Source of the DNA: an uncultured delta proteobacterium
Lineage (GTDB): Bacteria > Desulfobacterota > RBG-13-43-22
DNA: 64,000 nucleotides
Assembly (NCBI GenBank): GCA_963711835.1
Contig: CAVQFQ010000017.1
Location: 1-64,000 of the forward strand
Direction: 5' to 3'
The notes under the pieces are model-generated. The model saw nothing but the letters and a program-made list of their open reading frames with translations, did not search any database and had not been told where the DNA came from. Shown in pieces: positions 51,372-62,129 of the stretch (within the stretch, counting starts at the first letter, position 1; each line of letters starts with the position of its first letter). A program made the translations under genes and the position numbers.

Positions 51372-51605
51372 TTATTTTAGGTATTCGTCTTCAAATGCGA
51401 CCGCCTTTTTAAAAACATTATACCATTCCAGATTGTTCCGCTCATATTTCCGATAAAGCCCCCAGCAAAAAAGATCAACGGCCTGCAACCCCGGGTTGTC
51501 GTGGGACCGTTCATGGGTAATATACAAGGGGATATTTAAAGGCAGGAGCCCTTCAAGGTGGTTAGCGACATACCGATTAAAGTCCTGTATCTCTTTTCCC
51601 CTCAA
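51372..51605 (-). pseudogene. DUF3800 family C-terminal remnant
   Basis: SHDNPGLQAVDLFCWG (QxxD) motif; 5' part missing. Confidence 0.65.
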
Positions 51606-51687
51606 GACTATTTATTTGGAAATAAGTAAGGTGTCCCCATAATTACGTTTATCAGTCCCCGCCCCTAATTCTTTGCATTAGAAGAGG

Positions 51688-51888
51688 CTATTTGCTGCTT
51701 TCGATTAACTGGATATCTCTTTTAAGCCAATCATTGACTATAGTTTCTACATTCCTTTTTTTCTTTTTGGCCACTTTATTAATAAATGCTGCCACAGCAG
51801 GATCCAGATAAACCGGGATGTTTAACTCAGTCGATGGATGATAAAACTTACCTCGTTCCCCTTTTGAAAAGTCGTATTCTTTTTTCAT
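51688..51888 (-). CDS. BrnA/CopG-like antitoxin
   Basis: MKKEYDFSKGERGKFY...IPVYLD. Confidence 0.8.
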   Translation of the reverse strand: MKKEYDFSKGERGKFYHPSTELNIPVYLDPAVAAFINKVAKKKKRNVETIVNDWLKRDIQLIESSK

Positions 51889-51891
51889 TTT

Positions 51892-52185
51892 TTATAACTC
51901 CCTGTATTGTATAGATTCAGGCCTGGTTGCTTTCCTTGAGGAGATGATCCTGATGGAACACGAGGATCATCTAATTTTGGAAAGGTGTAGGACTACAACC
52001 AGCAAAATGCCGCCCCCGTTTTTCCCTATGGTAATCCATCGATCCTCTTCCAGGCTGTGATCATCATCATAAATAGAAATCGCATGGGGATCTTTAAAAA
52101 CGTAAGCGGAACGTTCAAAAGATATACCGTGTTTCCGAAGATTCTAATCCGCCTTTTTAGGATCCCACTCAAAATTATAGCGCAT
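51892..52185 (-). pseudogene. brnT: BrnT toxin, disrupted (in-frame TAG at codon 14 plus frameshift)
   Basis: MRYNFEWDPKKAD*NLRKHGISF...DHSLEEDRWITIG...IISSRKAT. Confidence 0.8.
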
Positions 52186-52199
52186 TTATCCTCCTCAAT

Positions 52200-52364
52200 G
52201 ATAGGCTTTGTTGGTCTGGGCCGACCCAGATCCATTCCACCCTGGACTTCCCCAAACACCGCCTTTTCCCCCTCTAAAAACCGATATAGGCCCCAACCAA
52301 AGCCCCCTTTTCAGATAATCTAAATAGAATTCAATCAATTGGCGTGTCCCGACCCAATTAACTA
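52200..52364. repeat. ~165-bp dispersed direct repeat, copy B
   Basis: Matches 51053-51219; its end supplies the TAG stop of the upstream gene. Confidence 0.85.
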
Positions 52365-53369
52365 CATGTAAAGATATGCTCGTAAAAGCTCATTTGAATT
52401 TCTATTTTCAATACGAGGCTTAATCATTGCATACGCCTTATTCATAAAAAACTGATTAAAAAGAGACTTCACATTATTAATTTCTTTTTCGGTCATTCCT
52501 TTTGCTGTACCATATATGTCCCATTCTTCATTAATACCTTCAGGAAGACCAATTGCCTCTAAATTATCGATAGCGTACCCGAATCCTAAAAAAAATATTC
52601 TTTTGTAATTTGCGATTAAATCTTTTACCTGCTCTTTCATGCCTTGTGATCTTTCGCCGATTACTCGAATTCCTCCTGATAAGTTCTGAATTTTTTCAAA
52701 ATCAACTTCCGAACCGTATTTTGATCCACCATTAATAACATGATTATCAACCTGTCCATAAACATGAATAATTGGAAACGGCAGATATTTCTTTTGCCAA
52801 TTTAATCCGATTTTTATCAGGTCACTATTTTGGGAAAAAGCATTAAAAAAGCTTTCATATAGAAAATGTTCTAATGATCTGTCATAGTTGAAAGTGATAA
52901 AAGCGATTTTATTTTCACGAAATTTATCAATATCGTTAGGTGTATTAAAGGTCGATATCATCCTGTTGAACAATAGGTTATACCAGTCTTCATTGGAATC
53001 ATTCAGATTTTCCCTAAATTTACTTGTTTTTTCTTTGGTTAGGATAATTTGTGTAATCGCCATTTTTCCAAAGTTAGAAAATATTGGGTTCAAAGCCAAA
53101 AATTTATCAATAGATTCTATGCTGGATTTTTTAAAGGTATTTATAAATTCTGGAATCTTTTTCAAAAGTTTAACTTTTTCTTCGGCATTTATTAAAGAAT
53201 CCTGTTTTAGTAATAATTGGAAAGCCGTGAAAAAGTGTCGGACGATTTCAGACCTTAATTCTGGTCCTGTTGGGTATCCATAAGGTTTGCTGGCACCGGC
53301 TCCGAGAACAAACAAAGTTGGGGTTTCAATCATTAACTTATCCAATAAAATTTTTCGGGTTAAGCTCAC
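52362..53369 (-). CDS. SIR2-like domain protein (putative defence NADase)
   Basis: FVLGAGAS, ITFNYD, IHVYG and FLGFGY motifs; markedly AT-rich. Confidence 0.72.
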   Translation of the reverse strand: MSLTRKILLDKLMIETPTLFVLGAGASKPYGYPTGPELRSEIVRHFFTAFQLLLKQDSLINAEEKVKLLKKIPEFINTFKKSSIESIDKFLALNPIFSNFGKMAITQIILTKEKTSKFRENLNDSNEDWYNLLFNRMISTFNTPNDIDKFRENKIAFITFNYDRSLEHFLYESFFNAFSQNSDLIKIGLNWQKKYLPFPIIHVYGQVDNHVINGGSKYGSEVDFEKIQNLSGGIRVIGERSQGMKEQVKDLIANYKRIFFLGFGYAIDNLEAIGLPEGINEEWDIYGTAKGMTEKEINNVKSLFNQFFMNKAYAMIKPRIENRNSNELLRAYLYM

Positions 53370-53379
53370 CTTTTACCAT

Positions 53380-55141
53380 TTATTCTCTTTTATAAATCAT
53401 GGCTGATTTCGGAAACCCGATGGCTTCTTGCAGGGTGGCTTCGAGGAGTTGGCGGCGGGTAGTGGCGGTGGTGTTGAGCCGGGCTTCCAGTTCGTCGCAT
53501 AGGATCATCAGTTCGTCCGCCTTCGCAACGATCCGGTGTTGTTCGGCGAGGGGGGGGAGGGGAGTAATTTGATTATTCGCCATTGATGCGGTTAGTTCAA
53601 CTTGTTTGGTAGCCCCTGATGCTCTACCTTCTATCGTTCCGTATACATAATCGGAGCGAAGCCAAATGAGAACAAAACGCTCATAAACGAGAAAACAACG
53701 TATGACAGTCACATGACTATCGCAAACTAGCGGCTCAGGTGGATGATCAACACGAATCACACGACCAATGGTCCCGGTTCCAGTAGAGTTCCAAAGAAGG
53801 TCGCCGCCTTGTAGAAACCGAACTGGTTCATAGTTTTCTAAGGACTCCGACACCAAAGATTTCGCCCACTCCATGTGAAGGCCATCCCATTGAACGCATT
53901 TCTGTGAAATAACTGGACGGCCATATCCGGCTGCATATTTGGGTGATTTTCCACGTTGAATGTAAGTTGTGATATCACATAGCTTAGCCCAGTTCCAGCT
54001 TGGCGGAACAGAAAATGGGATTTCATCTTCCTTAATAGGTCTAAAATATTGCTCTTTCCTAATTTGGCCCGCTTTTGCTAAACGTCGTTTCTCCAGCTCA
54101 ATCCGCTTCAGCAACTCTGCCGCCGGCTCATCATTCGGGTCCTGCGGGACGAGTTTGCCGCGGACGGCGAGGTTGAGGATGGTCTGGCGGAGTTGGTGGA
54201 TGTGTTCGGGGCGGGTGGTGAGGCGCGGGAGGTGGTTGAAGTAGAAGCGGGCGCTCTCGTCGAAAGTGGGATGGCACCCGAGTTCCGAGTTCGTCATCGC
54301 CATTGTTCAGTCCGTGCAGGGTCGCCGCCACCAGCCGGTCGCGCCGCCTTTCGCGCTTGGCCTGCGCCGCCTCCAGTTCGTCGCACAGCGCCATCAGTTC
54401 GTCCACCTTCGCCACGATCCGGTGTTGTTCGGCGAGGGGTGGGAGGGGGAATTGATTATTCGCCATTGATGCGGTTAGTTCAACTTGTTTGGTAGCCCCT
54501 GATGCTCTACCTTCTATCGTTCCGTCATACATAATCGGAGCGAAGCCAAATGAGAACAAAACGCTCATAAACGAGAAAACAACGTATGACAGTCACATGA
54601 CTATCGCAAACTAGCGGCTCAGGTGGATGATCAACACGAATCACACGACCAATGGTCCCGGTTCCAGTAGAGTTCCAAAGAAGGTCGCCGCCTTGTAGAA
54701 ACCGAACTGGTTCATAGTTTTCTAAGGACTCCGACACCAAAGATTTCGCCCACTCCATGTGAAGGCCATCCCATTGAACGCATTTCTGTGAAATAACTGG
54801 ACGGCCATATCCGGCTGCAATTTGGGTGATTTTCCACGTTGAATGTAAGTTGTGATATCACATAGCTTAGCCCAGTTCCAGCTTGGCGGAACAGAAAATG
54901 GGATTTCATCTTCCTTCAATAGGTCTAAAATATTGCTCTTTCCTAATTTGGCCCGCTCTTTGTAAACGTCGTTTCTCCAGCTCAATCCGCTTCAGCAACT
55001 CCCCCGCCGGCTCATCTTCGGGTCCTGCTCCACCAGCTTCCCTCGCACGGCCAGATCCAGAATGAACCGCCGCAGGCGCGGCACGGCGTCGGGTGCTTCG
55101 CTGATCTGGTCAAAGTGCTTGAGGAGCCAATCAGGGTTCAT
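53380..55141 (-). CDS. hsdS: Type I RM specificity subunit (frameshifted; two near-identical TRDs)
   Basis: ILDLAVRGKL...QDP, EIPFSVP.SW and PLPPLAEQHRIVAK conserved regions, each repeated twice. Confidence 0.88.
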
Positions 55142-56055
55142 GGGGCGATTCTCTTGCTCAGGATTTCCTGCCAGATGGGGCGTGACTGCCAGTCGGTCCG
55201 GGAAGCCCATGTTGGGGATAAGTTTTGGATCAAGACGCCCTATATGATCCATCAATCTTAGCGGCCAGCGACTATCCGGCTCAATGATCCGAAGCATGTG
55301 GATAAGCAGGACCAGCGAGTTATAGAGACGTCGGTCCTGTTCCGGATGAAAGTTCGGGATCAGCACGGCCGGCCTTGATGTGGGCAATGCCACGGTTACA
55401 GTAAAGCGGCGGTTCCACAGTCGTGAATGGTGGGCGCAGAGGTTGCGCAGATACACGCTGTGTTCCAGCAGAGACTTCAGGACATCGATGGATAGCTGGT
55501 AAGTCTGGGCGATGCGTTTTTTATCTCTATCATGCCGTATGTTCGTATAGAAGCGACTCAAGAGCCCAAAGGACATAACCTCACAGACCGCCCAGATGGG
55601 CGGACGGTTCATCCCGTATTTGTTCCGGTAACGGGTAACGAAAACCTCGTCGCTGCGACTCAGTTCCTCATCAAGGATGGAAAGCTGTTTGGCATGTGGC
55701 GGATAGTTCCGGAAATTGGACGGGTCTTCATAGGCCTGGGGGCCGTAGGCATGACCGAGCACATAGGTCCAGCGCGCTCGGACTGAGATTTCGACGCGTT
55801 TACAGGCTTCATTAACCAGTTGGCGAAGCCCGCGATCAAAACAGTAAAGGGTCCAAAGGGAGTCAAAGGTAGTACCGGGGAGATATCTATCGGGATTGGT
55901 CTTTTCTACGAAGGGAAAGCGGTAAGCCGACAGGCGATAATAGTTGTGGTGTTCAAGGATATGGAGGGCCTTGCCTTCGTCCTAACGCCCATACCCCGTT
56001 TCTTAAGGATCTCAAGCTGTTCGGCGTATGTTTTGGGGGGTTTATCAGCGTTCAT
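55138..56055 (-). CDS. Abi_2 / AbiD-AbiF family HEPN protein (frameshifted)
   Basis: KPPKTYAEQLEILKKRGM, NYYRLSAY, PPIWAVCEVMSFG, RNLCAHHSRLWNR; ATGA overlap with hsdS. Confidence 0.82.
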
Positions 56056-56065
56056 TCCCCCTCCA

Positions 56066-56125
56066 GAAAAAAGTAACCCGCCAATTTGAGCATCGTTGAG
56101 AGGCTTGGCGGGTATTGTTGACTCA
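56066..56125 (-). ncRNA. abiF-like RNA hairpin upstream of the Abi gene
   Basis: ACCCGCCAA-20 nt loop-TTGGCGGGT then a U-run; TTGACA at 56156-56151 upstream. Confidence 0.55.
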
Positions 56126-56191
56126 TATTTTGCCATTACCATCCCGGAAATGTCAAGAAAATATTTTGTTAGTGACAAAGGGTCGGTCCCA

Positions 56192-57634
56192 TTATCGCAG
56201 CAGCGCCTCCTCCAGAATGGCCTTCAGCTGGTCCCGGAGTTTGGCCGTCTCCCTCTCGCTTTCCTCCAGCTTGGCCAGCAGTTCGGCGGGATCGCCGTGG
56301 TCTTCCTCGACGGTATGGGGGTTCTTGAAATCGAGGTTGTAGTTGCGGGCCTTGATCTCGATCGATGATCGACCTTCCAGGCGACTTCATTTTCTTCTCG
56401 CTTCTCCCACCAGTCGATGCAGGGCTTCAGGTGCTCGAAGCGGATCGGCCTGGTCATCGAATAGGCCTTTTGGCCCTCGGGGACGCGGTGCTCGTAGTAC
56501 CAGACTTCCTTGGTCTGCGTGCCCTTCTCGAAGAAAAGCAGATTGGTGCCGATGGAGGCGTAGGGTTTGAAGACGCTGTTGGGCAGGCGAACGATGGTGT
56601 GGAGGTTGCACTCCTCCAGCAGGTGCTCCTTCAGCCGGGTCTTGACCCCTTCGCCAAACAGGGTGCCGTCGGGCAGGACCACGGCGGCGCGGCCGGCGGG
56701 TTTGAGCAGGCGCACGATGAGGGCCAGAAAGAGGTCGGCGGTCTCCCGGGTCTGGAAGTGCTTCGGAAAGTTGGTCTCGATGCCGTCTTCCTCGCGGCCG
56801 CCGAAGGGCGGATTGGTGAGGACGATGTCCACCCGGTCGGACTGGCCGTAGCTGATGTAGGGCCGGGCCAGGGTGTTGTCGTGGCGGACGAAGGAGGGGT
56901 CGTCGATGCCGTGGAGCAGCATATTGGTGACGCAGAGCATGTGCGGGAGCTGCTTCTTCTCGGTGGCCCGCAGGCCCTTCTGCATCTTCTGTTCGTCAGC
57001 CGGGGTCTTCACGTAGCGCTCGCGCATGTGGCGGATGGCGCAGGTGAGGAAGCCGCCGGTGCCGCAGGCCGGGTCGAAGAGGATCTCGCCGGGCTTGGGA
57101 TCGATGCGGTCGGCCATGAAGGCGGTGACGGCGCGGGGGGTGTAGTACTCACCGGCGTTGCCGGCGCTCTGGAGGTCGTTCAGGATCTGCTCGTAGATGT
57201 CGCCGAAGTGCTGGCGTTCGGCAAGGTTGTTGAAGTCGATGGCGTTGATCTTATTGATCACCTGGCGCATGAGCTGGCCGGACTTCATGTAGTTGTAGGC
57301 GTCCTCGAAGACATCGCGCACCACGCGGCGCCGGCCGTCTCTGACCGGCGCCGGGCAGTTCTTTGAGCGTGGGGAAAAGCTCGTCGTTGATGAAGGCCAT
57401 CAGCGCGTCGCCGGTCAGGCCTTCAGGATTGGCGGCCCAGGCGCGCCACTGGAGCTTCTCCGGGATGGGCGAGCGGTAGCCCTTCTGCATCAGTTCCAAT
57501 TCCTGGTCCTGGTCGTCGATGATCTTGAGGAAAAACATCCAGCAGAGCTGGGAGATGCGCTGGGCGTCGCCATCGACGCCGACATCCTGGCGCATGATGT
57601 CCTGAATGGATTTGACGGTGGTTCGTACATTCAT
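56192..57634 (-). CDS. hsdM: Type I RM methyltransferase (frameshifted)
   Basis: GEYYTPR, DPACGTGGFL, TNPPFGG. Confidence 0.92.
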
Positions 57635-57641
57635 AGTGGTA

Positions 57642-60104
57642 TCAGGCTGCCTTTTCGTATAGAGCGGACTGGAGTTCGTGGACGGCTTGCTCAAAGCCTC
57701 GCGTCCGCCGAAGGTCTTGAGAAGTTCAATCGGAGTACCCATGGTGTCAAAGGGGGCGATCTTCAGGATACGCGGATCGTCGAGGTCGGTGACGCCTTCG
57801 TCCTGGTATTTCTGGAGCAGGGCTTCGAGCACGGCCCGGGCCTGCTCGCCGTACTTGGTGAAGACATCGCGCTTGCGGACATTCTCCGCCCGCTCGCGCC
57901 GGGTGAGCGGCGGCTGGTCGAAGGCCACGTGGCAGATCAGGTCGAAGGGGTCGAGGTCCTTACCCACTTCCTCGGCCAGCGGATCGAGCAGCAGGCCTTC
58001 GTTCTCCAGTTCTTCGATGATGGCCTGCTTGCGCTCGGCTCCGTTCCAGCGTTTGAGGAACTCGTCGAGGCTGGCGAAGCATTTGCGGAGCGTCTTCTTC
58101 GAGTAGTCGCGCAGGCTTTCGGTGACCAGTTTTCCGTTTTCGTCGAGGTATTCGATACGCTCGGCCAGGATGCTGACCGGTTTGCCGCGAATGTAGTATT
58201 TCGCGAGGCGGCTCCTTGGCCGTCGTGGATGTTGATATCGGGCGGCTCGGGATCGACGATCACCTCTTCATCTTCGCCGGGTTTCGGCGGAATGGGCTCT
58301 TCCCGGTCGTCCGTCGGCGGCACATCGTCCGGGGGCGTAACCGGATCGTCCTCTCCCGGTTCGTAGATCTGCACCGGCTCGCCGTCGAAATCGGGGTCAG
58401 CGAAGTGGTTGGTGGCCTTACGGAAGTCGATCAGGGTGAAGTAGTACTTCTTGGTGTCCTCGTGGACGCGTGTGCCACGGCCCATGATCTGCTTGAACTC
58501 GGTCATCGATCCCACTTCGCGGTCGAGGACGATGAGGCGGCAGGTCTGGGCGTCGACACCCGTGGAGAGCAGGCGCGAGGTGGTGACGATGACCGGATAC
58601 TTCGCTTCCGGGTCGATGAAGTTACCGATCTGGGCGCAGCCTTCGGCGTCATCGCCGGTGATACGCATGACGTAGCGGTCGTTCTGCTGCACCAGGTCCG
58701 GGTTTTCGTTGATGATGGCCTGCCGCATCCGCGCGGCGTGTTCGGTATCCACACAGAAGACGATGGTTTTCTGGAAGCGGTCGCCGCTTTCTTTGAGGAA
58801 TTCGGTCACCTTCCGGGCGACACGCTTGGTGCGCTCGTCGATGACCAGATTACGGTCGAAGTCTTTCTGGTTGTAGATGCGGTCCTCGATCTCGTAGCCG
58901 TACTTGTCGGTTTCGCCCTGCTCGGGGCGGTAGCCCTCCACATCGACGTCGAGATGGACCTTGACCACCTTGTAGGGCGCGAGGAAGCCGTCGCGGATGC
59001 CTTCCTTCAGCGAGTAGCTGTACACGGGTTTGCCGAAGTAGTGGATATTGGAGACGTATTCCGTCTCCTTCGGCGTGGCGGTGAGGCCGATCTGGGTGGC
59101 GGCGGAGAAGTAGTCCAGGATCTCCCGCCAGACGGAATCCTCTGCCGCGCTGCCCCGGTGACATTCATCGATGACGATGAGGTCGAAAAAGTCGCGGCGA
59201 GAGCTCCCGGTAGAGCTTCTGGCGTTCCTCGGGGCCGGTGATGGCCTGGTAGAGTGCAAGGTAGATCTCATAGGAGGTGTCGATGCGCCGATGCTTCTTG
59301 TCTATCGCTGTCGGCAGTTGCACTTCGGCGCCATCGTCGCGCTCGATGGTCTTCGAGGAGGTAGAGAGCTTCGCCATGGCGGCGCCGAAGGGGCGGAAGT
59401 CGTTCACCATCGTCTGGTCGACGAGGACATTCCGGTCGGCAAGGAAGAGGATGCGTTTCTTGCGACCTGCCTTCCACAGGCGCCAGATGATCTGGAAAGC
59501 GGTGTAGGTCTTGCCGGTGCCGGTGGCCATAACGAGGAGGATCCGGTCCTGCCCCTTGGCAATGGCTTCGATGGCCTTGTTGATGGCGATGCGCTGATAG
59601 TAACGCGGCTCCTTGCCACTGCTGTCCTCGAAGTAGTTCTGGAGGAAGACTTCCTCTTGCTCCGGGGCCAGGCCTTTCCAGCCACGGTATTTCGACCAAA
59701 GGTCTTCGGGTGTCGGGAAGGCGTCGAGGGACAGCTCGGTTTCGGTCTGACCGCTCTGGCCGGTGCGGTCGTGAAAAAGGAACGCGTCACCGTTTGATGA
59801 GAAGACGAAGGGAATGTCGAGGGTCGCGGCATACTCCGAGAGCCTGCTGCATGCCGTCGCCGACGGCGTAGTTGTTGTCTTTGGCCTCGATGAGGGCGAT
59901 GGGGATGTTCGGCTTGTAGTAGAGAATGTAGTCGGCGCGCTTGGCCTTGCCGCGGGTGACCAGCCGGCCGCGGACGATGATCCGGCCTTTGGTGAACGAG
60001 ACCTCCTCGCGAATTTGCGACAGGACATCCCAGCCCGCCTGCTTGACAGCGGGCGTGATGAACTTGGTGCAGATGTCGCGTTCGCTGAGGTCTTTCTTGT
60101 TCAT
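57642..60104 (-). CDS. hsdR: Type I RM restriction subunit, EcoEI/EcoAI-like (several frameshifts)
   Basis: [45 protein letters not shown]. Confidence 0.92.
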
Positions 60105-60276
60105 GGTTTTAGGGATTAAAAAGAAAAAAGCCTTGTATGAGCTTTCCCATACGAACGTTATTGTCGACGATGAACAATTCACTGCCGGTCAGGCTGGTGC
60201 GTTTGGGCATAGGCGGTCCTTAATTATCTAAAAATCTTCAAACTTTCACTTGCCTTCGGGTTAACAATTTATCCTT

Positions 60277-60894
60277 TTATCGCGATTCCCTTGCCTGCAA
60301 TCGGTTCAAGAGGCTAACTATTTCCCGGTAGCATTTATCAAATGACCGGGCTCGACGTGCCGCCTGAAGGTCAAACACCTTAGTGAGAGCGGGCTGATCC
60401 AAGGTTTCCGTATAGGGTCGGTTTCGAGGCATCCGCGCACTTAGCCACTCCTTGGCCCCACGGATTCCCTCCGGATTGCTCTCAGTCATCAGGTCCGGGG
60501 ACAACCCCCGGGCACCCTTAAGCGAATCGGCAGCAGCGATAAACCAGGCTTCATACTCCTGGTTGGCCAGCACAACTGAAACGGGGTAATCCGGCCGGGC
60601 TTTGAGTACCCGTCGGTATAAGGCCGGGCCGTCAAACTTGGGACAACACCCTTCCCAATCGCAATCCAGCAAAACAAAAATCCCGCCTTTCCCTTCCAAT
60701 TTCCGGCTAGCCAGATCCACTGTCCGTTCCAATTCACCCTGTTTTATTAAACGATTTGCAGGAACCCGCAGTATGGGGTCTATTTTAACAATTGCCTGTG
60801 GGGCAACCTCTGCGGTGACCCGTTGGATAAGCACCGGTAGGGCCTCAACCTCTCCGTGGCCTTCCACTATGGCCGCAATCCGGATGAGGCTCAT
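60277..60894 (-). CDS. DUF4276 family (TOPRIM-like) protein
   Basis: IVEGHGE, LLDCD, EYEAWF, RSFDK; overlaps the ATPase stop. Confidence 0.78.
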   Translation of the reverse strand: MSLIRIAAIVEGHGEVEALPVLIQRVTAEVAPQAIVKIDPILRVPANRLIKQGELERTVDLASRKLEGKGGIFVLLDCDWEGCCPKFDGPALYRRVLKARPDYPVSVVLANQEYEAWFIAAADSLKGARGLSPDLMTESNPEGIRGAKEWLSARMPRNRPYTETLDQPALTKVFDLQAARRARSFDKCYREIVSLLNRLQARESR

Positions 60895-62108
60895 TTTGGA
60901 AATTCCCCAAACAATTCCATTTGAGAGGCTGGGATTCCTTCCACTTTTTTAGTGTCCGGTATCAATTGGTTGAGGCGTAAAAGCTCTCCTGCCGTATAAA
61001 GCCTATCACGGATGGCGCTTCGTCCAGCTTCTTCCAATGGACCGATTTTGGTTTCCCCATTTTCGCTGATGACGGCCAGAATCCAATCATCGCGGACGGA
61101 TTTATCATCCAGAAGGTCGGGACTGTGGCTGGTAACTGCAACTTGAACCATTTTGGACGCAGCCTGAAGGGCATCGCGGAGAATTCCCGCAGCTCCGGGA
61201 TGGACCGCAACTTCGGGTTCTTCGATCCCCACAAAGGGCACACGGCGCCCCCCCCCATTAACGGCCTGGTACACCGCAGTTAGAACACCCAGGGCACGAA
61301 GGGTCCCATCGGACATGTTTTCTGCTGGAAAACGCCAAGGAGCTTTGTTTTTACCCACCACCTGACGAAACTCCAACGTTTCTTTCTTCGCCACATGCTT
61401 GACCTCTACTTTTTGAACCCCTGGAACCACTCTGGAAAGAAAATCCATGATTTGTTGATAGGTTTTTGGGCGTTCCTTGGCCATAATGTTTAGGACGCTG
61501 GCCAGGTTTCCACCGTCGCGACGCAGTAGTTCTCCCGGGTCTGGGGGCTGCAATTCTCTGATTTCATCAGGATTTAAATTATAAAAACCCATTCTGGAGA
61601 GACGATCATACAGAAGTCGGAAGGGAGGTAATCCGGCCGCAACCACTAAATACAACCGGTCGGTCTCCGCCGGCGGCATCACCTTCTCACTTGAGTCCAT
61701 TAGTTTACCACCTTCAATTTTATAAAAACTTTGCTCTCCCACTCCAACTCCATATATATGACACTCTTCCTCCTGGACTTCAAAGCCCCCCTTTGGCAGG
61801 GCGCCCACCCTAAAAGCGAAATAGCCCTCATTCTCTCCCGGAAGATTGAAATCCAAGCGAATTCCAAAGTGCGTTGGATGCCCGGAAGACCGACGACGAA
61901 CTTCTCCAATCCCACCCCGTTCTCGTAGTGCGTGCTCCAAACTGGTGTTGAGTGACTCAGCCAGAAGTCGCAAGGCATCCAGAAAATTGCTTTTCCCTGC
62001 CCCATTGGGCCCCACGAGGAAATTAAGCGTTCCGAGATCCACGGAACAGGCAGCAATGCTTTTATAGTTTCTCAAAACAACACGCCGCAAGAAAACTGAA
62101 TTATTCAT
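60891..62108 (-). CDS. AAA_21 / ABC-type ATPase
   Basis: NYKSI, GPNGAGKSN, MSDGTLR, IEEPE, TSHSP. Confidence 0.88.
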   Translation of the reverse strand: MNNSVFLRRVVLRNYKSIAACSVDLGTLNFLVGPNGAGKSNFLDALRLLAESLNTSLEHALRERGGIGEVRRRSSGHPTHFGIRLDFNLPGENEGYFAFRVGALPKGGFEVQEEECHIYGVGVGEQSFYKIEGGKLMDSSEKVMPPAETDRLYLVVAAGLPPFRLLYDRLSRMGFYNLNPDEIRELQPPDPGELLRRDGGNLASVLNIMAKERPKTYQQIMDFLSRVVPGVQKVEVKHVAKKETLEFRQVVGKNKAPWRFPAENMSDGTLRALGVLTAVYQAVNGGGRRVPFVGIEEPEVAVHPGAAGILRDALQAASKMVQVAVTSHSPDLLDDKSVRDDWILAVISENGETKIGPLEEAGRSAIRDRLYTAGELLRLNQLIPDTKKVEGIPASQMELFGEFPK

Positions 62109-62129
62109 AAGAGCCTCCCGGGTCTAGAT

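Noticed and set aside
52144-52146. In-frame TAG in brnT as pyrrolysine or recoding
   Set aside because: No pyl genes are in view, the gene also has a frameshift, and a nonsense mutation is more likely.
56365-59241. Long + strand ORFs opposite hsdM/hsdR (also 40855-41874 opposite the acyl-CoA dehydrogenase)
   Set aside because: They are antisense shadows of GC-rich coding sequence.
37901-60104. Numerous frameshifts (crotonase, frhB-like, iorA, AlbA, HEPN, hsdS/M/R, Abi) as programmed frameshifting or mass pseudogenisation
   Set aside because: They are scattered single-base indels, often beside short homopolymers, in otherwise intact genes. Long-read consensus error is the simplest explanation.
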